Shown here one piece after another: positions 54,672-64,000 of a DNA stretch of 64,000 bases. Numbering within the stretch: position 1 is the first letter of the stretch; each line of letters begins with the position of its first letter. The notes beneath the pieces are model-generated. The model was not told the DNA's origin and searched no databases. It saw only the letters and a list, made by a program, of their open reading frames with translations. The translations under genes and the position numbers were made by a program. Source of the DNA: Octopus vulgaris (lineage: Eukaryota); contig OX597824.1 of NCBI GenBank assembly GCA_951406725.2, positions 97,340,001 to 97,404,000 on the forward strand, written 5' to 3'.

Positions 54672-55203
54672 CAAATGCCCTGATGCAGTACCAAACAGTG
54701 GCTCTCATGGCTTCTGATATTAACTGATTGGCAGTGTTATCATGTACATTGTTTTGTCTTGGTATAAAAGATGGGCGATAGCAAATATTCTGCTCAATAC
54801 CACAGATTTGCTTGTCAGTTGTTTGACCATAACCAGTTGAGCATGTCCCTTAGTGGCTGACTGTACGTGCATCTCTGATCACGAGCAGAAGTAGTGGGGA
54901 GCATAATAGCCATGTGTTGAGAGGAATTCTTTGGGGTTTGAATAATTCACCTCTGGAAACATGGGTGTTTTGTTTATCGTCCTTAAACAATCCTTATTCT
55001 GAGACCTGAAGAAAATTATAACTAGGCCCCCAACTGCAAGGTCATGAGCTGTTAATCTTGATATGAGATAATCAATCATGTCATGCAAATATGTTTGTGA
55101 TTCTTGTGCCTTTAAGACCCTTATCAGAGGGGTAGTCATGATGGGTATACTAGGCTTCTATATTTTACCCCAGTGTTACTTCGATGGCATTCACAGCTCT
55201 CTC
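54672..55203 (+). mobile_element. Interspersed repeat bounded by (AAT)n, probably a LINE 3' UTR
   Basis: Complex ~530-bp block between (AAT)n arrays; no recognisable ORF; assignment by context only. Confidence 0.4.
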
Positions 55204-55229
55204 AATAATAATAATAATAATAATAATTT

Positions 55230-55380
55230 AAGGAAGAAGGTTGTGTCTAGGAGTACTCAAAATTAACAGAATACTATCTATAGAAATGAAAGAAAAAAAT
55301 TGAGAAGTACATCAGGAGGGTGAAGAAGTTAATGATGACAAAGGTCCAAAAGAAGGCTGTAAATACTTGTACTTGTATAT
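55230..55380 (+). mobile_element. Degraded R4/Dong-like RT fragment
   Basis: LGVLK...EMKEK...KYIRRVKKLM following (AAT)n. Confidence 0.45.
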
Positions 55381-55725
55381 CTAGGGATAAACAAGACAAT
55401 GATATATGAAATAAGGAGAGTGATAAAGAGCGTATTAAAAGTTGATTTAAACCGAATAAATATATAAAGCACAATAATTTCAGTAAGACACAATATACTT
55501 TAAAAAGAAGACATGAAAAATAATTAGCTCAACCTAAGCACACATGGTTGAGAAGGTACTGCCTTAGGATGTGCCAGAGAATCTCACGGCATGGCTCATA
55601 AACATATTAAGTAACAGATAAGAGAGAGGTTCCTGTTCTGACGTAATAAATTGTATACAAAATATACTTTGGTGGAGTCGTATTTAGTGTTGAGACGATG
55701 AGAATCACACATAGCTAAACAAGCA

Positions 55726-55793
<68 letters not shown>

Positions 55794-55914
55794 TGCGTAT
55801 CTTTGTGGTTAAGTGCAGTCGAAATGCTTTGCTATATTACACTCTGGCAGAATAACATAACTGTGTGGGACTTGGTGACTGACGAAGTATCTGCTGTAAA
55901 AAAGTTACTTATAT

Positions 55915-55966
<52 letters not shown>

Positions 55967-56026
55967 TCATACATATATACATATGTATGTATATATATAT
56001 ATATATACATATTCATACATATATAC

Positions 56027-56138
<112 letters not shown>

Positions 56139-56989
56139 ATTATTATGTATGTATTACTCTAATCCCAAAGAACTACCCTCTAAAATCAAGATGCATGGGC
56201 TGAGGGTGTTGTGTCCTAATGTTTAGGAATTACCAATGACCACTCAAAAACTTAAGTCGGTTTCCCATCAGATTTTTTTAATTAAATATCGCAACAGGAT
56301 CGAACAATATTCTTTTGTTTCATATATTTGTTCAATACAGGATAATTCAAATAATCCTTATCATAAATGATGCATTCCTTCTGGAACTTAAACGCTATTT
56401 GCAAAATAATAATCCGGCAAAGAGCAACCATATCTTTTCTCCTCAAACCCATTATTGAACATCTATTGAGAAATGATTTCGAACAGCATTCGCAGAGAAT
56501 TTAAGCCGATCATCTTCCCACGTCGCAAACAATTCTCTATTTCTCCGGACGCCCACTTTTATAATCAAATACGTTTGTCTATTATTCTTTCAGCTTTTCA
56601 TGCATAAAACATTCCATGTCCTTAATTCATTTCTTCACAAACAACCTTTCACCGTCACCAACGCTTGTACAGCTGTCATCACTCCCTCTCTCTTGATGTC
56701 TGTGTTTTGTCTTAACTTAAAGTAGTTTCCCCATTTACACAGAATTCATTTACATTTCTCCCCAAACGTGAGAATCTGAGGGCATTTATGATGTGTTTGT
56801 GTGTATGTGTCTGTGTTTGTATGTGCTTACATTTGATTTTTGCGGTTGTATGTATTTGTAATATGTGTATGCGTGCGTGTGTGTGCGTGTGTGCTCACAT
56901 TCTCGACAGCATTCGTAACCCATTGCTGTAGCATGTGCGTATCTTGAGCATAGTTCCCTGTGACCAGTAGAGAAATTATAATTATGCTT

Positions 56990-57383
56990 TGGCTGTGTGG
57001 TAAGTAGCTTGCTTACCAACCACATGGTTCTAGGTTCAGTCCCACAACATGGCACCTTGGGCAAGTGTCTTCTATTATATCCTCGGGCCGACCAAAGCCT
57101 TGTGAGTGGATTTGGTAGACGGAAACTAAAAGAAGCCCGTCGTATATATGTATATATATATATGTGTGTATATGTGTGTGTGAGTTTGTGCGTCTGTGTT
57201 TGTCCCCCCAACATCGCTTGACAACCGATACTGGTGTGTTTACGTCCCCGTAACTTAGCGGTTCAGCAAAAGAGACCGACAGAATAAGTACTAGGCTTAC
57301 AAAGAATAAGTCCTGGGGTCGATTTGCTCGACTAAAGGTGGTGCTCCAGCATGGCCGCAGTCAAATGACTCAAACAAGTAAAA
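56990..57383 (+). mobile_element. SINE family A, near full length
   Basis: High similarity to 38390-38806. Confidence 0.9.
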
Positions 57384-57419
57384 TAGTAATATAATATGAT
57401 AGTATCGTTATCATCATTC

Positions 57420-57640
57420 GGGGTGGTGAGCTGGCTGAAATGTTTGCTTGCCGGATAAAGTGATTGACAGTATTTCTCCCGGTTTTTCCTTCTGAGTTCA
57501 ATTTCTCCCAACGTCGACATTGCTTTTCATCCTTTGGGTGTGTGGGAGTCGATATAATAAGTACCAGTCACGAACTGGGGGTCGATGCAATCAACTTTCC
57601 CTCCCCTCATGAACTGCTGGCTCTGGGCCACAATTTGAAA
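57420..57640 (+). mobile_element. SINE family B, degenerate
   Basis: ggtggtgagctggctgaaatg...ctgagttcaa...tttcatccttt...aagtaccag. Confidence 0.65.
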
Positions 57641-58448
57641 CTATTATTATTATTGTTGCTGATAATATTTACAAAAACGGCTTGGCTTACGTTCTCACTT
57701 CACTGACAGGTCCTCAAATCTACCAAAAACGTCGTTGCAGTACCTATTTCCATCAATGAAATCGATAAAATAAATTATCAATCAACAGCTGGTGTCAGTC
57801 CAATAGCTAAACATTCTTTCTCGCACTCACTCACCAAAATTCTCGATAAATATTCTAAAATTTCAAATCATTTTTCGGAACAAATGAATTCTTCAAAGTA
57901 AATTTGATTAAACATTTCGCCACTTTTGAAATATTAACTTAATGTTGCTGATATATAATATTTAAAAACCAATCCTAATTATTTTACATTGAAATGATAA
58001 TTATACATTGACCTCACCCATCCAAAAAAAATCGAAGTATCTTTTGAATAATATTCCCGATGCCATAGAAGGAAAATATAGTTTTCAGAAATTAGCAAAT
58101 AATTAGTTTTCAATAAAAATGTGAATAATTAAAAATCAATGTTTATTATAAAAACCCATATGGCACTCAGGGAAAAAAAACCCATTTAAATACATATTGA
58201 TAAACTTACATGTGTGTTTGTGTATGTGTGTGTATCTATACAAGTATAATGTATGTATCTATGTTTGTATATCGATCTTATAGGCGTAAATCGAGTTAAT
58301 TAATGATTATTCAATTGAATTCAGCATTGTGGCCAAGTTTCCATCGAGTTTTTCTCCTCCAAGGATTTTAATTAAACCAAAATCTAAATCTTTTCATATC
58401 TATTTCTATATATTCATATATATTTATGTATATTTATATATATTTACT

Positions 58449-58491
<43 letters not shown>

Positions 58492-58992
58492 TTCGTTTTT
58501 CTATTTGGTTTGCAATATTCTTGATGTGAAACAAATTTTGTTGTGTCTTGGGAGAGTCGTTGCGCCAATAACGATAACACACGCACAGGTTCAATTTCAC
58601 TTCTCTTTTAATCACTTGGTTAAATATCGAATCAACTAAGTAATCGATCGTTTGTGTAACGTGTTGGTTAAGCGATCAACCAGTTGTTTGTCCGTCAAAG
58701 TTCTTTCGTTGCTTTTCAGTGACACGTGATTCCCATCTCGTTCCAATCTCGTCTGCTTTGGCAATCACGGGTCACTGAAAAGCCTGCGAGCCACAACGAA
58801 AGAACTTTGTGTGTTATTATCATTTCGTCCATCCTTACGTTCTGAGTTCAAATTCTGCCGTGGTTGACTTTGCCTTTGATGCTTTGGGATCGATAAAATA
58901 AGTACCAGTTGAGTAGCGGTGTCGATGTAGTTCAGGCAACACACACACACACACACACACCATTCTACCTTTTACTTGTTTCAGTCAATAGA

Positions 58993-59162
58993 GAGGAGTG
59001 GCTGTGTGGCAAGTAGCTTGCTTACTAACCACATGGTTCCGGTTCAGTTCCACTGCGTGGCACCTTGAGCAAGAGTCTTCTTCTATAGCCTCGGGCCGAC
59101 CAAAGCCTTGTGAGTAGATTTGGTAGATGGAAACTGAAAGAAGCCCGTTGTGTATATGTATG

Positions 59163-59224
<62 letters not shown>

Positions 59225-59405
59225 TGTGTGTCAGTGTTTGTGCCTCCAACATCGCTTGACAACCGATGCTGGTGTGTTTACGTCACCGTAACTTAGCGGT
59301 TCGGCAAAAGGACCGATAGAATAAGTACTAGGCTTACAAAGTCGATTTGCTCGACTAAAGGTGGTGCTCCAACATGGCCGCAGTCAAATGACTGAAACAA
59401 ATAAA
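58993..59405 (+). mobile_element. SINE family A
   Basis: High similarity to 38390-38806. Confidence 0.9.
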
Positions 59406-59460
59406 ATTATTATCATGATTATTATCGGTGTAATTTTCTCCACAGGAAAACAAAATATGT

Positions 59461-60935
<1,475 letters not shown>

Positions 60936-61105
60936 CATTCCACCTTTTTACTTGTTTCAGTCATTAGACAGCGATCACGCTTGCGCAGCGCCTTGAAGAA
61001 TGCTTTCAGACGAGTGAATCGATCCATGGACATATTGTACGCCATTTGCATCTACCTCACTTTACGCATTTGACTTCCAGTCTGTCTGAGGCTGTCCGTT
61101 TCTCT

Positions 61106-61200
61106 CTCCCTCGCTTCTTCTCTTTCCGTCCCTCGCTTCTTCTCTTCCTCTCCCTCGCTTCTTCTCTTCCTCTCCCTCGCTTCTTCTCTTCCTCTCCCTC
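61106..61200. repeat. 22-bp pyrimidine-rich minisatellite (~4 copies)
   Basis: Unit tccctcgcttcttctcttcctc. Confidence 0.85.
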
Positions 61201-62401
61201 TTTCTCTCTCTAATTCAGTATTTTGTGATATATACAGAAATCGCTTTACGCCGGAGATAACTCTTAAATCGCGTGGGGACGCAGAATAGTTTCCGATATA
61301 TAAATCTTCACTCGTGTCTCATATTTTTCTTGTTCCATCAATCGTCGAAGAATGAAACGCAAAGTTGGTCCCACCGAAATTTGTGAACGGACGTCAGTAA
61401 ATACAACAAGCTATATCATTTAAAGATAAATACTTTCTAATTAATCATGATTATTATTAATTTCTTTAAGGTTAGCCCCTCCCATTGTAACTAGTATAAC
61501 TAGCCTCTTCAGCGAGAAGGCTGACAATCAAATCTGATGTGGTCCCCACCCCCAGTGACAAACACTCATCTCACATATAATTACAGTTTCAATAATGCAG
61601 GCAGCTAGCGAAACTTCGAAGACATTATCAGTAATATATATACACACACAAACATAAGCACACACACACACATACACACACATACACACACATGTATATG
61701 GCCATGTTCATACGCACGCCGGTATGTAACTTGTTTTATATTGTTATACATTTGCTCTTATACCATCATAACTACATTCTGAATGTATTCATATATACAT
61801 ACACACACACACACATATATACATATATACATACATATATATATATAGATAGATACATATATATATATATATATATATTTATATGTATAGATAGATACAT
61901 ACATACATATATACATATAGATATATACATATATACATATATATATATAGATATATAGATAGATACATACATACATATATACATATATATAGATATATAG
62001 ATAGATACATACATACATATATACATATATATAGATATATAGATAGATAGATACATACATATATATATATATATATTCAAGAGCAGAATTAAACAGGCGA
62101 TTCGGCTAAATTGTTATGCTATCTCATTCGAAAAATTCTCCAAGGATATGAAATGAAACGGAATGAAATAAAGTAAAAAAAAAACAAAAAGAAAAAAAAT
62201 TGAAGCATCGCGAAGCAGGAGATGGAAAATTGTGGAATGTAAGAACGTCTGATATTCTCCCTTATTTTATTTTATTTCGCTTCATGTCATTCCATTCCAG
62301 TTCTTTTGGAAAATTTGAAGACTTCCCCTACCTCGATATAAACACAGGAACAACTCTTTCATGTCTTTCGTCTAATCGATTATTATTGTTGTTGTTACTA
62401 C

Positions 62402-62446
<45 letters not shown>

Positions 62447-62489
62447 TACATATATACACTCAGGGTGTGGTGAATATATTGTCGTCTAA

Positions 62490-62703
62490 GGGCGGCGAGC
62501 TGGCAGAAACGAAAGCACGCTGGGCGAAATACTTAGTGGTATTTCATGTTTTAACGTTCTGAGTTCAAATTCCGATGAGGTCGACTTTGCCTTTCATCCT
62601 TTTGGGATCGATAAATTAAGTACCACTTACGTACTGGGGTCGATTTAATCGACTGGCCCCCTCCCCCAAAATTTCGGGCCTTGTACCTAGAGTAGAAAAG
62701 AAT
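62490..62703 (+). mobile_element. SINE family B monomer with tail type 2
   Basis: ggcggcgagctggcagaaacg...ggccccctcccccaaaatttcgggccttgtacctagagtagaaaagaat. Confidence 0.9.
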
Positions 62704-62833
62704 ATATTTTCTAAATTACGCAAGTCTCTCTGAGACATTTAGAAATATAGTATTTCTAATTTTGTAGATCAGTGAGTTTATTTCACTTGAAATAAAGGTG
62801 AATAAGCATCGACAGCTTGCAAGCCAAGCTACT

Positions 62834-62874
62834 CCAGACTGATGAAGAGTAATAACTCTGAAACAAGTCTCTGG
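62834..62874 (+). ncRNA. Type I hammerhead ribozyme motif with intact consensus core
   Basis: ccaga-CTGATGA-agagt-aata-actct-GAAAC-aa-GTC-tctgg: perfect 5-bp stems I and II, GUC triplet. Confidence 0.75.
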
Positions 62875-63149
62875 CTACTGGCGTTGCTTGGTGGAGTTGC
62901 TTATCCCCCCTGTTTGAAAACTTAAGGACACAGAACGTTTGTGTCACATAGCCAACTGGAAACGGTGTTTTCTGGGGATAAATAACATAGCATTCTTCCC
63001 TTTCCTAGGACTATCACATTAAGTTGGCAACAAACCATCACTTTATCATGCTGCCCCTGTATATGTCTCTCTGAGAGATTTGGAAATGTAATATTTCGAA
63101 AATAACACTGACATCTCATTTTAACAGACTTAGTCACCGAAATTACATA

Positions 63150-63585
63150 AAACCATCTTGAAATATTAAAGGAGAAATTTCTCTATTAAAATCGCTATTA
63201 GTTTCAACTACGGCCTCCAGACCACTTCGGAATCTCCTGCAACTCTTCTGAACCGTCTCCTTATTTAAGTCGGTGAATGCTGCCATAATCCTTACCTTCA
63301 GTTCATGTCTGGTGTTACAAGGAGATGTGTTGGTCTCTCGCTTCGCTGCGCCCCACACATAATAATCAAGAGGCTTACAGTCTGTGGAGTTAGGTAGCTA
63401 GATGTTAAGGGTGATTTGGACGTAGAAATTGTCAGACAGCCATGATTGGGTTCTATTTGTGCGGCATGGTGCAGAGTCTTCTTGCCAAATACAGGGTCGC
63501 CCAGAAGCCAACCTCTTAACCCAGGACAGCACTACCTCCTCCAGGCCTTTGATGTAGGGCTTCGTATTGAATCTGAGGCTGTGTG
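63150..63585 (-). pseudogene. Tc1/mariner-superfamily (maT/DD37D-like) transposase C-terminal relic
   Basis: YIWQEDSAPC...SWLSDNF...*LPNSTDCKPLDYYVWGAAKRETN...KSCRRFRSGLEAVVE resembles WQQDSAP...WPPNSPDCNPLDYYVW. Confidence 0.8.
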
Positions 63586-63587
63586 AA

Positions 63588-63818
63588 ACCTCACTTTAAA
63601 GGAACAAGATTTGAAGACGTTGAGGAAATCTAAGAGAATGCGACGAGACAGCTGTTCGCTATTCCAAACAAGGAGTTCCAGAAATAGTTCCATCCGTGGA
63701 AACGACGCAGGATAAAGTGTCTGGCTTTAGATGAGGACAAGACGTTAAATATCAAAATTAGAGGTGTCGGAATTTTGATTTTATACAAGCAGTCCCGATG
63801 CGTTTTGATCGGACCTCG
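63588..63818 (+). mobile_element. mariner transposase 3' end relic with right TIR
   Basis: LKGTRFEDVEEI*ENATRQLFAIPNKEFQK*FHPWKRR...KCL; ends cgttttgatcggacctcg|tg. Confidence 0.75.
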
Positions 63819-64000
63819 TGTGTGTTTATGTATGCGTGTATGTGTGTGAGATGGTTCTCCGTCGTTCGGTAATGAGGATTCAGTTCCTTGATCAACTGAA
63901 ATACTTTTTTCCGAATTACAGTATAACTTAAAATAGCACAGGCATTCGTATTCTTCACAAAATTCTCAGGTAGAATTTGTGTCGCAAGGTTCCTTGCCTT

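Noticed and set aside
61106-61200. Regular short repeats as a CRISPR-like array
   Set aside because: No unique spacers; eukaryotic pyrimidine minisatellite.

Overview
AT-rich, microsatellite-saturated eukaryotic non-coding DNA, probably intronic or intergenic. The repeat repertoire looks like a coleoid cephalopod (Octopus-type) genome; this is an inference from pattern recognition, not a database result. No intact host protein-coding gene is supportable, and nearly all listed ORFs are translations of (TA)n/(CA)n/(CATA)n tracts. The window holds two abundant tRNA-derived SINE families (one with a recurrent dimeric form), many R4/Dong-type (RLE) LINE fragments sitting in (AAT)n or (CATA)n, a CR1 3' end whose tail matches one SINE family, three non-autonomous Helitrons, pogo/Tigger-like MITEs, Tc1/mariner relics and Penelope-like (GIY-YIG) elements. 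The most notable signal is a set of minimal type I hammerhead ribozyme (HHR) motifs: one in a tRNA-headed SINE-like unit (7.4-7.7 kb), an inverted pair with a compensatory U3-A8 core in a young Penelope insertion (33.7-36.6 kb), a core-perfect one at 62.8 kb and a decayed one at 36.9 kb. Boundaries of degenerate repeats are approximate.
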